Shown piece after piece: positions 1 to 9,582 of a stretch of DNA of 64,000 bases. The DNA comes from a bacterium (lineage in GTDB: Bacteria; Bacillota; DTU030; JBMNJR01): the NCBI GenBank assembly GCA_050951765.1, contig JBMNJR010000008.1, forward strand, positions 54,795 to 118,794. Direction: 5' to 3'. The notes beneath the pieces are model-generated. The model ran no database searches. It was not told where the DNA came from and worked only from the letters and a program-made list of their open reading frames with translations. Both the position numbers and the translations under genes were made by a program. Each line of letters opens with the position of its first letter. Position 1 is the first letter of the stretch.

Positions 1-182
1 GCAGGCTTTAGACCCCGGTTTTTATGAACGACGAACGCATCGCCGTATTCTTTAACTCCTTTCTTTATGCGTTTTACCTGTCGTTCGCTTAAGCCTAAGA
101 TCTCTGCCGCTTCACTGATTGTCATCTTACCTTCGAGCAGACAACGGGCAATATGAAGTTTGTTTCGTTCATCCTGTGTCAT
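1..182 (-). CDS. ISNCY-type transposase, N-terminal HTH part (partial; runs off the window start)
   Basis: Minus-strand ATG at 182; translation MTQDERNKLHIARCLLEGKMTISEAAEILGLSERQVKRIKKGVKEYGDAFVVHKNRG resembles the HTH N-terminus of the transposase fragment at 59217..59606 (LLDLSVRQV..HKNRGRKP). Confidence 0.5.
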   Translation of the reverse strand, partial: MTQDERNKLHIARCLLEGKMTISEAAEILGLSERQVKRIKKGVKEYGDAFVVHKNRGLKP

Positions 183-283
183 TGATAATATCATCCTTTC
201 ATTGTAGCAGAGGGTGACATTTTCTCAGAACAATTTCAGGGTGACATTATCACAGAACAAACACACACCAGTGGCTCAACCTC

Positions 284-312
284 TTGACATTTCCCCATAT
301 TTCCGCTATACT
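284..312 (+). promoter_or_regulatory. Sigma-70-like promoter for tRNA-Leu
   Basis: TTGACA, 17 nt spacer, TATACT, about 15 nt upstream of the tRNA 5' end. Confidence 0.4.
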
Positions 313-326
313 AAAATCTGCAACGT

Positions 327-413
327 GCCGAAGTGGTGGAACTGGCAGACGCGCTGGATTCAAAATCCAGTGGGGGCAACTCCGTGTGGGTTCGACTCCC
401 ACCTTCGGCACCA
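327..413 (+). tRNA. tRNA-Leu (anticodon CAA)
   Basis: 7 bp acceptor stem GCCGAAG/CTTCGGC, anticodon loop TTCAAAA, long variable arm, T-loop TTCGACT, encoded CCA end. Confidence 0.85.
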
Positions 414-755
414 AACCCAATATACTCAAGAGTTCCGAGGTTTTCACATGATGAAGACTTCGGAACTTTTATTTTTGCGCAATGCGCTGGATACTAAGGT
501 TCTCACCGCACTGGATTATTAGAACTAAACAAAATCAAATCCCCTCAAATGATAAGCCTCGTTCAATCAACAGAATTACGCTTAACTTTTTTAACTAAAG
601 CAGGAGTATGATAATAAATGCCGAAAAAGAAAATAATAGGACAAATGTATAATGATAGTAATATAATATTTTTTGCAGAACTTTTTTGTTGTATTCTTAA
701 CTACAATGTTCATCAATTGTACCTTTATTAATAAATTAAAAAGGGAGGTAAATTT

Positions 756-2234
756 ATGACTAAGCCACGCGTGCTAATTGCGGAATTCAAGCACGAAACA
801 AATTCATTTTGTTCTACAAAAACCGGGCTCAAAGATTATGAAAACCGGTCCTTGAAGCAAAAAGATGAGATCTTTTCGTTTTTCAAAGGTGTCAGGGTTG
901 AGTTGGGGGGTATCATTGACGGCTGTAAAGAGGAAGGTTTGGAAATGGTGCCTGCAATTGCCGGCAATGCCATGCCGGGCGGTCATGTTACCAGAGATGT
1001 TTTCGAATTTATTAAAAACGAAATCTTAACTGTTCTGAAAAATGATAAAAACATCGACGGTATTCTCTTATCTCTGCACGGGGCAATGGTTTTAGAAGAT
1101 GCTCCCGATGGGGAAGGAGAACTGCTCACCGCAATACGTGCAGTTGTTGGGCCGGATATGCCTATTATGGCCACCTTAGATCTGCACGCAAACTTAACCA
1201 CAGCAATGTTGGAAAATGCTACTGCCCTCTTCCCATATAACACATATCCCCATATAGATCAATATGACCGCGGTTATGAAGCTGCAAAAATAATGGCAGC
1301 AACACTACGCAAGGAAATCAAGCCTGTCATGAAGATGAAGCAACTACCTATTTTGGCACCTTGCATGCAAACAGCAAAAGAACCTATGCATTCATTAATG
1401 GAAATGGTTTTTGCAATTGAGGATAAACCCAATGTTATCAATACTGCTATCCTTCACGGTTTCCCCTGGGCGGACATCCATGACGCAGGCTGTTCTGTAC
1501 TCGCCGTAACCAATGATGACGAACAACTGGCAGCAGAAATAGTTGATGAAATCGGAGAAGTAATGATGAAGCGGCATAAGGAATTTATCGCACCTGCGGT
1601 TCCTATAGAGGAAGCAGTAAAAAGAGCTATGGAAGCACCAGAAGGTCCCATCGTGTTGGCTGATATAGCAGACAACCCGGGCGGTGGCGGTCCTGCGGAT
1701 GGAACTCAAATTTTACAAAAGATGATCGAAATGGGAGCAAAAAATGCCGCGGTTGCCCTGATCCTTGATCCGGAAGTAGTTGATCAAGCTATTAAAGCCG
1801 GTGTTGGTGCCACAATCACAGCTAAACTGGGCGGGAAAACTGAACCTGCAGCTCTCCATGGAGAGCCGATAGAGGTTTCAGGAAAAGTAAAAACAATAAG
1901 TGACGGGGTTTTTGTCAATAAAGGACCAATGGGTAGAGGCTTACGCAATACCACCGGCCGTACTGTAGTCTTAGATATTGATGGCATAGAAGTTATTGTA
2001 GTGGAAAATCGCGTTCAACCTTGGGATCCGGAAATCTTCCGCCGCAATGGTATTGAGCCTACGGATAAACAAATCATCTTAGTTAAATCATCCCTCCATT
2101 TCCGGGCTGCATTTGGCCCCTTAGCCAAGGAAATTATTGACGTTGATGCTCCGGGTCTATTATCGCCGAACTTCCACTTCTTTGATTTCAATAATGTCCG
2201 GCGCCCAATTTTCCCCCTCGATGAAATAGAATAG
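756..2234 (+). CDS. M81 family metallopeptidase (MlrC-like)
   Basis: 492 aa ORF; N-terminus RVLIAEFKHETNSF typical of the MlrC/M81 family; RBS AAAGGGAGG upstream. Confidence 0.75.
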   Translation: MTKPRVLIAEFKHETNSFCSTKTGLKDYENRSLKQKDEIFSFFKGVRVELGGIIDGCKEEGLEMVPAIAGNAMPGGHVTRDVFEFIKNEILTVLKNDKNIDGILLSLHGAMVLEDAPDGEGELLTAIRAVVGPDMPIMATLDLHANLTTAMLENATALFPYNTYPHIDQYDRGYEAAKIMAATLRKEIKPVMKMKQLPILAPCMQTAKEPMHSLMEMVFAIEDKPNVINTAILHGFPWADIHDAGCSVLAVTNDDEQLAAEIVDEIGEVMMKRHKEFIAPAVPIEEAVKRAMEAPEGPIVLADIADNPGGGGPADGTQILQKMIEMGAKNAAVALILDPEVVDQAIKAGVGATITAKLGGKTEPAALHGEPIEVSGKVKTISDGVFVNKGPMGRGLRNTTGRTVVLDIDGIEVIVVENRVQPWDPEIFRRNGIEPTDKQIILVKSSLHFRAAFGPLAKEIIDVDAPGLLSPNFHFFDFNNVRRPIFPLDEIE

Positions 2235-2243
2235 AAAGGTTAT

Positions 2244-2279
2244 AAAAAAACCTATGCTAGATTTAGCATAGGTTTTTTT
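2244..2279. terminator. Bidirectional rho-independent terminator
   Basis: A-tract, hairpin CCTATGCTA/TAGCATAGG, T-tract, between convergent genes. Confidence 0.6.
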
Positions 2280-2299
2280 ATGATTATTTGTATTTTCCC

Positions 2300-3610
2300 T
2301 TAGCCAATGCTCAGCATCTCCACAGACTGTAATCGGTTAAACCTTGTGTTTTCTCGTCTAATGAATTGGAAGGTAATTACCGTAGCTAACAGATCGGATA
2401 TGGGGAAAGCTGCCCAGACGCCCATTAAACCCAAATCAGCAATCTTAGGTAAAATTAGTACCAGGGGAATGAGGAGGAATGTTTTTCGCAATAAGGCTAA
2501 CCCAAAGGAGATTTTAGCTCTGCCCAAGGCCTGGAATAATCCGGTTCCAACTACATGAACCCCGATCACCGGTACCATGGAAATAGTAATCTTTAGGGCT
2601 TTTTGTCCCATATCCAAAAGAGTCTGATCGCTGGTGAAAAATCCAATTATTTGTTGTGGAAAGAGCATTGCCAAAGCAAATCCAACGGTTCCAATTACAG
2701 TGTTTACTATTAATGATAAGCTAATGGCTTCCTTTACCCGCTGATATTTCCCGGCACCGCAATTAAAGCCTATAATAGGTTGCATACCTTGTATAACTCC
2801 AAAAAGGGGCATTGCCTTAAACATTAACAAACGATTGATAATCCCGTATGTCGATAGCGCCAGATCGCCACCATACAGCACCAATGAATTGTTGATAACT
2901 ACCCCAACTAAACTGTCTGCCACATGCCTGATAAAGGGAGCTGCTCCCACAGCCACCATTTCCTTAATTAATGGTAAATCCGGCCTAAGATGACATAAGC
3001 GAATTTGCAAAGAACTCTTACCACTGTAAAAATAAGCTACTACATAAATAAAAGATATCGATTGAGCTATTATCGTAGCAATAGCCGCACCTTTAACACC
3101 CATATTGAGGAAATAAATAAAAATCGGATCAAGAATAATGTTCATACTGGCTCCGATAAACATTGAATACATAGCAATCCTGGCATTGCCTTCTGCCCTA
3201 ATCAAGTCATTACCAGATAAGGCCAGTGAAAAAAACACATTCCCGAGAAATATTATAGTTATATAGTCCTTTGCATAGGGAAGAATTGTTTCTGTAGCGC
3301 CAAATAACAGAACTATCGACTCAACAAAAATAGTTCCAAAAACAGCAATTAACAATCCCAATAGTATTAGAAGGAGAAAGCTATTCCCTCCAATCCTATT
3401 TACCTTTTCTTGATTGCCTTGGCCTAAATATCTAGATAGGGCTGATGCCGCGCCTATCCCAATCAAATGGGAAAAAGCCGAAATTAATGTTTGAATCGGA
3501 AAGGTAATCGCCAAGCCCCCGATAGCTGTATCCCCAACCCATTTGCCGATAAAAACTGTATCGGCAAAGTTATATATGGCTGAACCCATCATTGCCATAG
3601 TAGCAGGCAA
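2300..3610 (-). CDS. MATE family efflux transporter
   Basis: 436 aa polytopic membrane protein with MATE-like N-terminus (DTVFIGKWVGDTAIGGLAI). Confidence 0.8.
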   Translation of the reverse strand: MPATMAMMGSAIYNFADTVFIGKWVGDTAIGGLAITFPIQTLISAFSHLIGIGAASALSRYLGQGNQEKVNRIGGNSFLLLILLGLLIAVFGTIFVESIVLLFGATETILPYAKDYITIIFLGNVFFSLALSGNDLIRAEGNARIAMYSMFIGASMNIILDPIFIYFLNMGVKGAAIATIIAQSISFIYVVAYFYSGKSSLQIRLCHLRPDLPLIKEMVAVGAAPFIRHVADSLVGVVINNSLVLYGGDLALSTYGIINRLLMFKAMPLFGVIQGMQPIIGFNCGAGKYQRVKEAISLSLIVNTVIGTVGFALAMLFPQQIIGFFTSDQTLLDMGQKALKITISMVPVIGVHVVGTGLFQALGRAKISFGLALLRKTFLLIPLVLILPKIADLGLMGVWAAFPISDLLATVITFQFIRRENTRFNRLQSVEMLSIG

Positions 3611-3753
3611 AGATAAATTTAATAATAATTTACCGACCTTCTCTTCACCTAACTTATTATTGTTTCTTTTTATTTTAGCTCACTCCAGCTTCTAAAATCG
3701 TAAATAATCAAAGCTGTAATATATCTTGCAACAACAATTAGCTGTTACTTAAT

Positions 3754-4356
3754 TCAATCCCGCAAATACCCCTCTTCCGATGCTTCCCTTATTATTTTTT
3801 GGACATAACTCCATAAAGCCGGAACATTGTCCTCCAAAATACTATTTCGCTGCAAAACCTTTTTTCTGGTAACCCCAGGTTTTGTCCATGTGTGGGCTCT
3901 GGTATGGTGGTTTAATAGTAATGGTTGAAATCGATCTAAAGAGGCGGCAAACTTTGCTTCCGGTGTCTCCTGTGCTTCAAACTCCCGCCACAGCGACCAT
4001 AATTCTTGCGCCTGATCCTGCGGTAATAAACCAAAAATGCGTTTCGCCGCCGCCAGTTCCCGTTCTTCCTTATCCGCATGGGCAGCTTCATCATAACAAA
4101 AGGTATCACCGGCGTCAATTTCTACCAAATCGTGAATTAATACCATTTTTAACACCTTTAATAAATCCAGTCTTTGATCTTCAGCATACTCTGAAAGCAA
4201 AATGGCCATTAAGGCCAAGTGCCACGAATGTTCGGCATCGTTTTCATTCCTAGTCGTACCGATGACTACGTTCTGCCTGAATACGTTTTTTAGTTTATCT
4301 ACCTCCACAATGAAATCCAATTGTTGCGCTAACCGCTGATGCTTCAAACTAAACAC
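3754..4356 (-). CDS. HD domain phosphohydrolase (YfbR-like)
   Basis: H..HSWH and HDLVEIDAGD motifs of the HD superfamily. Confidence 0.75.
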   Translation of the reverse strand: MFSLKHQRLAQQLDFIVEVDKLKNVFRQNVVIGTTRNENDAEHSWHLALMAILLSEYAEDQRLDLLKVLKMVLIHDLVEIDAGDTFCYDEAAHADKEERELAAAKRIFGLLPQDQAQELWSLWREFEAQETPEAKFAASLDRFQPLLLNHHTRAHTWTKPGVTRKKVLQRNSILEDNVPALWSYVQKIIREASEEGYLRD

Positions 4357-4910
4357 TCCCCCATTGTTTTCAAACCTACAATAATAATAACAAAAGAGAA
4401 CCCATCCATAAAGGACGGAGCTCTGTTTCTTAATTATACTTCCACATTGGAAAGAGAAATCCCTTTTAGTAAGTGGTTACAGGGTAAACATAACTCAGCA
4501 TATGACTATGATCACTTATTTTGCAAAAAAATAAAGCCCCGCCCGGACTCAATTGTTTGTTTTATTTGGTAAAGCAGGCCTGCCTTAGATAAGCAGGCGC
4601 TGCCAGCAAGGCAAACTGATAGCCCAACTGCAAATACATACTTTGTCAGCGGTTTAATCCCGCAAGGGGCTAAATGGTTCAAGCTAAACTATGCTCCTAT
4701 TGAGGCGGTTCCCAGGGAACGTACTCCCGTTCTAGCCTTGTGACAATCGCAGTCCCAGCCAGCAGAATAATGCGCTTGGCTTCTGGGGCACTGAAGCTGA
4801 CTAAGAAAAGCCAATCAAAACCACGTCATCTTAATACAGAGCGCATACCCGTAAATAATACCTATGTATGATCGATCATAGATTTGTATTACCATGCATT
4901 TCCTTTTGCC

Positions 4911-4940
4911 AAGCAATTAAAAAAGAACCCAAGCGGGTTC
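4911..4940 (-). terminator. Rho-independent terminator downstream of the Crp/Fnr gene
   Basis: Hairpin GAACCC-AAGC-GGGTTC followed on the minus strand by TTTTTTAATTG. Confidence 0.5.
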
Positions 4941-4959
4941 AATTAAATGTCCTGCATAG

Positions 4960-5643
4960 CTAGCCTTCCTGCAAGCAATTCTCCAAACTATTTATATTTT
5001 TTATTTCTATCTTATTCCGCCGAAACCAAATTAAACCTTCTGCCTGCATCTTTGCCAATTCCCGGGAAAGGGATGGCCGTTGAATCCCCAATTGTTCGGC
5101 CATTTCTTTACGGGAACAGGGCAAGGTAAGAAACAATGAATTCTGCGTATGATATTCCTCTAAAAGATAGCTGCAAACCTTTTGCCTGATAGTATGGTAA
5201 GAAAGTCTATTGATCTTTTTGTTTAAGGTAAGAATCTTGTTAGATAAAAGCACAAAAAAGTTGTTTAACACTTGCGTATTGGAACTACAGAGCTTAAGCA
5301 TATCTTCTTTGGAAAGGAAAATTATCTTCGTATTCTCAATGGCAACGATAGTGGCCGGATACTTATGCACTTCAAGAAAAATAATTACCTCACCAAAAAT
5401 ATCCCCTGGCTTTAACCGGGTAAGGGTAATGGTTTTGCCGGCAGGGTTAATTTTTTGAACCTCTACCATTCCCGCGAGAACAATCCCCAATTTAGAACAT
5501 TCTTCATCTTCAATGGCTATTACCTGCTCCCTTTTATAAGTTGCCACTTGATAATTGACCCTCTCCAAGACCTGGGTGATATTTTCCCGGGAAAGATGCT
5601 TAAAAAGCATACAGTGGCGGAGAGCTTTTATTAGATCATCCAT
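4960..5643 (-). CDS. Crp/Fnr family transcriptional regulator
   Basis: cNMP-binding-like N-domain and C-terminal HTH (MAEQLGIQRPSLSRELAKMQAEGLI); start moved to the internal ATG at 5643 which has RBS AAGAGGGA; ORF track extends to 5691. Confidence 0.8.
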   Translation of the reverse strand: MDDLIKALRHCMLFKHLSRENITQVLERVNYQVATYKREQVIAIEDEECSKLGIVLAGMVEVQKINPAGKTITLTRLKPGDIFGEVIIFLEVHKYPATIVAIENTKIIFLSKEDMLKLCSSNTQVLNNFFVLLSNKILTLNKKINRLSYHTIRQKVCSYLLEEYHTQNSLFLTLPCSRKEMAEQLGIQRPSLSRELAKMQAEGLIWFRRNKIEIKNINSLENCLQEG

Positions 5644-5660
5644 AATTCGATCCCTCTTTC

Positions 5661-5678
5661 CGGTAACAATTGTTACCG
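5661..5678. promoter_or_regulatory. Perfect 18 bp palindrome, candidate operator
   Basis: CGGTAACAATTGTTACCG between the divergent Crp/Fnr regulator and the ferredoxin-domain gene. Confidence 0.35.
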
Positions 5679-5746
5679 CTTTCTGAACCAAATAATACTA
5701 TAATAAGATTATAATATCAATATAATAGAGAAGGGAACGGGGAAAA

Positions 5747-6478
5747 ATGAAAAGAAAAATCATTAAGATACATGCGGACAAATGTAATGGCTGTGGATTG
5801 TGCGCAGAGGCATGCCACGAAAGGGCGATTGAAATAGTAGACGGGAAGGCAAAATTAGTATCAGATATTTATTGTGATGGCCTAGGTGATTGTCTGCCTG
5901 CCTGCCCTGCTAATGCTATTGAAATTATTGAAAGGGATGCAGCTCCTTATGATGATGCAGCAGTAAAAAAACGGATTGCTACCCTGGAAAATGCACCGCA
6001 GACCGAGACCTTAGCTTGCGGTTGCCCCGGCAGCCTGGAACGCTCCTTAATAACAAAAGATGCTGCAGAACCGGCACAAAGGAAATCTACAGAAAAAGCT
6101 TATTGCCGCCATGAATCCCAGTTACAGCAATGGCCTGTGCAATTATCACTAGTTAATACCCAGGCGAATTACTTTAACGGGGCCAATATCCTCCTGGCTG
6201 CCGATTGCACAGCTTATGCTTATGCCAATTTCCATCAAGATTTTATAAAGGACCACATTACCTTAATCGGCTGTCCAAAACTAGATGACATCCGATACTA
6301 TGCGGAAAAACTCACAGCTATCTTAAGCAATAATAATATTAAAAGCATAACTGTAGTAAAAATGGAAGTGCCCTGCTGCAATGGTCTTGTACAGGCGATA
6401 AAATCAGCGATGCTAAACGCCAAGGTAATAGTCCCCTATAGGGAAGTGACCATTAGTACAGAAGGACAAATCATTTAA
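5747..6478 (+). CDS. 4Fe-4S ferredoxin-domain protein
   Basis: Two ferredoxin-type Cys motifs (CNGCGLCAEAC, CDGLGDCLPACP) plus a C-terminal Cys-containing domain. Confidence 0.65.
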   Translation: MKRKIIKIHADKCNGCGLCAEACHERAIEIVDGKAKLVSDIYCDGLGDCLPACPANAIEIIERDAAPYDDAAVKKRIATLENAPQTETLACGCPGSLERSLITKDAAEPAQRKSTEKAYCRHESQLQQWPVQLSLVNTQANYFNGANILLAADCTAYAYANFHQDFIKDHITLIGCPKLDDIRYYAEKLTAILSNNNIKSITVVKMEVPCCNGLVQAIKSAMLNAKVIVPYREVTISTEGQII

Positions 6479-6691
6479 TAGGCTTATGTAATTGGCTGGC
6501 TGGCAAAGCCAGCCCCTAAATTTGAAAATATCATGATATAGGGGCGACCTTTGGCAGACCCGCTGTACCACATAAATGTGTAAAACAGGCTAGCAAAACA
6601 ACCTTGCTTCCGGAATCTGAAGGAGGTACTTACTATTGGATATAGTATGTGCCTCCTTTGCTACTCACATATCGCTAAGCATGCAATTTTA

Positions 6692-7498
6692 CTAATCCCG
6701 AATTGGATCCGACACCGCATTTTTTACATCCTGTAATAAGGCAGCAAACTCTTCCACCGCCGCATACAACAGCTTTTCACCCTTTTCTTTACTGGCAACC
6801 GTGGGGTCACCTACAATCCCCGATATGGTTTTTTGCTCCATACTGGTAAAATAGGCAACATCACCGCTTTGCATTAAATCAACCTGTGCACGCTGTACCT
6901 TAGGCGGTGGGATCTCCTTTAACACCTTTTCCATATGTACTTTTTCCGGAGCCAAGGCTAAGTAGAGAGAAGTCTCCAACTCACAAGCATGACCTAAACC
7001 ACCTCGCTCAGACTCCCGCAGTTGGGCCATTGCCTTTTTGGAAAATACCCAATGATTAGCAAAGAAAATCATCGCTTGTTTATTATGCAACTTAACTTCA
7101 TTCAGGGCAACCCTTAAGGCACCGTTATTGCCGGCATGACCGTTGAGCACTACTATTCTCTTTACTCCATAACAAAGTAAACTATTACAGATGTCTTGGA
7201 TTACCCGGATAAAGGTATCTTGGCTTAAACTTAAAGTCCCGGGAAAATAAAGATGATGCTGCGAACAACCAAAGGTAACAGTGGGGGTTACCAGCACATT
7301 ACAATCAGCAGCTGATTGGGCAGCTCTTTTTGCAATTTCTGTGACTAAAAAACTATCTACGTCAACAGGCAAATGAGGACCGTGTTGTTCAATGGATCCT
7401 ACTGGAATAATGGCAATGGTTTCATCGTTAATCCGTTCTTTAATGGCCGGACTTGCTAAGTTTGTCAACATAATTTCCGCAGGCATTATATTCACCAC
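6692..7498 (-). CDS. Creatininase family amidohydrolase
   Basis: IPVGSIEQHGPHLP and LNGHAGNNG motifs. Confidence 0.75.
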   Translation of the reverse strand: MVNIMPAEIMLTNLASPAIKERINDETIAIIPVGSIEQHGPHLPVDVDSFLVTEIAKRAAQSAADCNVLVTPTVTFGCSQHHLYFPGTLSLSQDTFIRVIQDICNSLLCYGVKRIVVLNGHAGNNGALRVALNEVKLHNKQAMIFFANHWVFSKKAMAQLRESERGGLGHACELETSLYLALAPEKVHMEKVLKEIPPPKVQRAQVDLMQSGDVAYFTSMEQKTISGIVGDPTVASKEKGEKLLYAAVEEFAALLQDVKNAVSDPIRD

Positions 7499-7535
7499 CC
7501 TTAAATTATTTATTTCTTTTTGCAGACTCTGAACC

Positions 7536-7590
7536 TGGCTAGCCTAATTTTACCGCCGGCTCTGCCACCGTGGCGGCCCTTCCAAGAAGT
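7536..7590. repeat. Dispersed intergenic repeat, family R2 copy
   Basis: GCTAGCCTAATTTTACCGCCGGCTCTGCCACCGTGGCGGCCC; near-identical to 35551..35600 and reverse-complementary to 25264..25308. Confidence 0.6.
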
Positions 7591-7702
7591 TTAAGTGTTA
7601 GCCGCAACCCCTTTTGTACCACAAAGTAGACATTCCTTTATCCTCGGAGAAATGTTGCAGCTAATTTTCGTCCTTATGCCGGTACCGTATATCGGCATGG
7701 TG

Positions 7703-8878
7703 CTACTCCTTAACCTCAATAAACCGTCCGCTCTGGGTCCGCACAAGATAAGGTTTGCCATTACGGGTATAGACCCTGGGCAAGCGCCGGCTAAGGCAAC
7801 AAAGTACTTCACCAAGAGTTACGCCTAAAAGGGGATTTACCTCCTCCGGTGATACTGAGGCTTCACCTTGCTTTCCAAAGATGACAACCTCCTCACCAAC
7901 CTTGACTTCCAAATCCCCGGCATCAACCATACACATATCGGCACAGGTGGCAACAATTGTTTTCCTTTGCCCCTTAAGCAACACCGGACATTTGCCGGCT
8001 AACCGTTTCGACAGCCCGTCACTGGAACCTAAAGGCAAGGTGATTATTCTTGTATCTTGGGCAGGGCGATAGAATGCGTCATAGCCGACACCATCCCCTG
8101 CTGCTACCGGAATAGCATGCACAGCTATGGTCTTAAGTTGTAACGCCGGTTTGAGAGTTAGATTTTTCTCTGCCTCCGGGTAAGGGTAGTAGCCGTAAAA
8201 AATGCGGCCTGTTCGTACTGCATTAAAATGAGTGCTGGGTAAATCATATGTTGCGGCACTATTGGCAGCATGTCGCAGCGGAATATCAATCCCTGCCGCC
8301 GCCAATTCCTCAAGGACTTGATTAAATACCCTCAATTGCCTTTCCGTGTCAGTCTTATCCTTCTGCGCAGCCTTGGCAAAATGAGTGAAGATCCCTTCCA
8401 ACTCAATACCAGCTAAACCTTTCACAAACCGGGCAAACTCAACTGCATCCTCCGGCTGCACACCAATGCGATTTAAACCAGTATTTACCTTCATATGCAC
8501 CTTAACCACTTTCCCTTTTTCTTGCGCCACAGCCGCCAATTCTTTCGCTATTTGCCGGGTATACAGGGCAAGAGTTAAATCATGATCAACGGCTGCTGCC
8601 AATTGGCAAGGAGCAGTATAACCCAAAACCAAAATAGGAGCAGTGATCCCGTGATCACGCAACTCCAAAGCCTCATCCACCATCGCCACAGCAAGACGGT
8701 CTGCGCCGTTGGCCAATGCTACCCGCCCCACTTCCACAGCGCCATGGCCGTAGCCGTCACCTTTTACCACTACAATAAACTGAACCTTCTCCCCTATATG
8801 ACGCCTAATCTCCCGTACATTATTACCAATGGCATCAGTATCGATTTCAACCCATGCCGGTCGCCAAAATCTATCCAT
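7703..8878 (-). CDS. alr: Alanine racemase
   Basis: MDRFWRPAWVEIDTDAIGNN...VVVKGDGYGHG (PLP-lysine region); start set at internal ATG 8878 with RBS GGAAAGGGG; ORF track extends to 8992. Confidence 0.85.
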   Translation of the reverse strand: MDRFWRPAWVEIDTDAIGNNVREIRRHIGEKVQFIVVVKGDGYGHGAVEVGRVALANGADRLAVAMVDEALELRDHGITAPILVLGYTAPCQLAAAVDHDLTLALYTRQIAKELAAVAQEKGKVVKVHMKVNTGLNRIGVQPEDAVEFARFVKGLAGIELEGIFTHFAKAAQKDKTDTERQLRVFNQVLEELAAAGIDIPLRHAANSAATYDLPSTHFNAVRTGRIFYGYYPYPEAEKNLTLKPALQLKTIAVHAIPVAAGDGVGYDAFYRPAQDTRIITLPLGSSDGLSKRLAGKCPVLLKGQRKTIVATCADMCMVDAGDLEVKVGEEVVIFGKQGEASVSPEEVNPLLGVTLGEVLCCLSRRLPRVYTRNGKPYLVRTQSGRFIEVKE

Positions 8879-9156
8879 TGTAGTCACCCCTTTCCGCATA
8901 TTGCCGGCATAAACCAACAGTTCCCTTTCAGTTCGCCTCATCACCTTGATAAATTGACACCTTACCTGGCAGAAAAGAACTTCGCCGTACAAAAAAATTC
9001 AGCATATAATTAAAATAATATCCTCATTAAATATTCAATGATTTTTAATATTTCCCTCCCCCCAGCAGCAAAAGTTCTGCAAAATTTTAAAAGAATTGTC
9101 CAGATGCAGAAAAAAGGGTATCAATAAACCACCCTTTTATATTACTATGCATGGAT

Positions 9157-9558
9157 CTAAAACCTACGCCACATAAATGATACTGCCCCTTGATCTAACA
9201 TTTTTTGCAGATATCTCTCCAACCACCCCTTAAACCAGGTACGACTAAGGGGGAAAAGGAACAAAAAACCTGTTATGTCTGTGAGCAAACCGGGAGCCAA
9301 TAGTAATAAGCCGCCAACCAGCACCAAAAGGCCATGCAATAGATCAGATGTGGGAAGTTCACCTTGGGCAAGTTGTGCTTGAATTCTATAAAGCAAAAAT
9401 AGTCCTTGGGATTTAGCTAAGAATGCTCCCACAAAGCCGGTGCCAATAACCAAGGCAATGGTCGGCCACACTCCAAGCCGTTGGCCTACCGCCAACAAAA
9501 TCCAGAGTTCGATAAACGGTATTAACGTAAAAGCAAGCAAAAGCCGCAGCAACATCAA
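9157..9558 (-). CDS. fxsA: FxsA family membrane protein
   Basis: 133 aa, two TM helices, motif LLAPGLLTDITGFLFLFPLSR. Confidence 0.7.
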   Translation of the reverse strand: MMLLRLLLAFTLIPFIELWILLAVGQRLGVWPTIALVIGTGFVGAFLAKSQGLFLLYRIQAQLAQGELPTSDLLHGLLVLVGGLLLLAPGLLTDITGFLFLFPLSRTWFKGWLERYLQKMLDQGAVSFMWRRF

Positions 9559-9582
9559 TTCTCACCCTCAATCGCTTGATCC

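Noticed and set aside
214-522. ORFs 214..522 (+) and 250..447 (-) overlapping tRNA-Leu
   Set aside because: They run through a well-formed tRNA and its promoter, with no RBS or protein-like composition.
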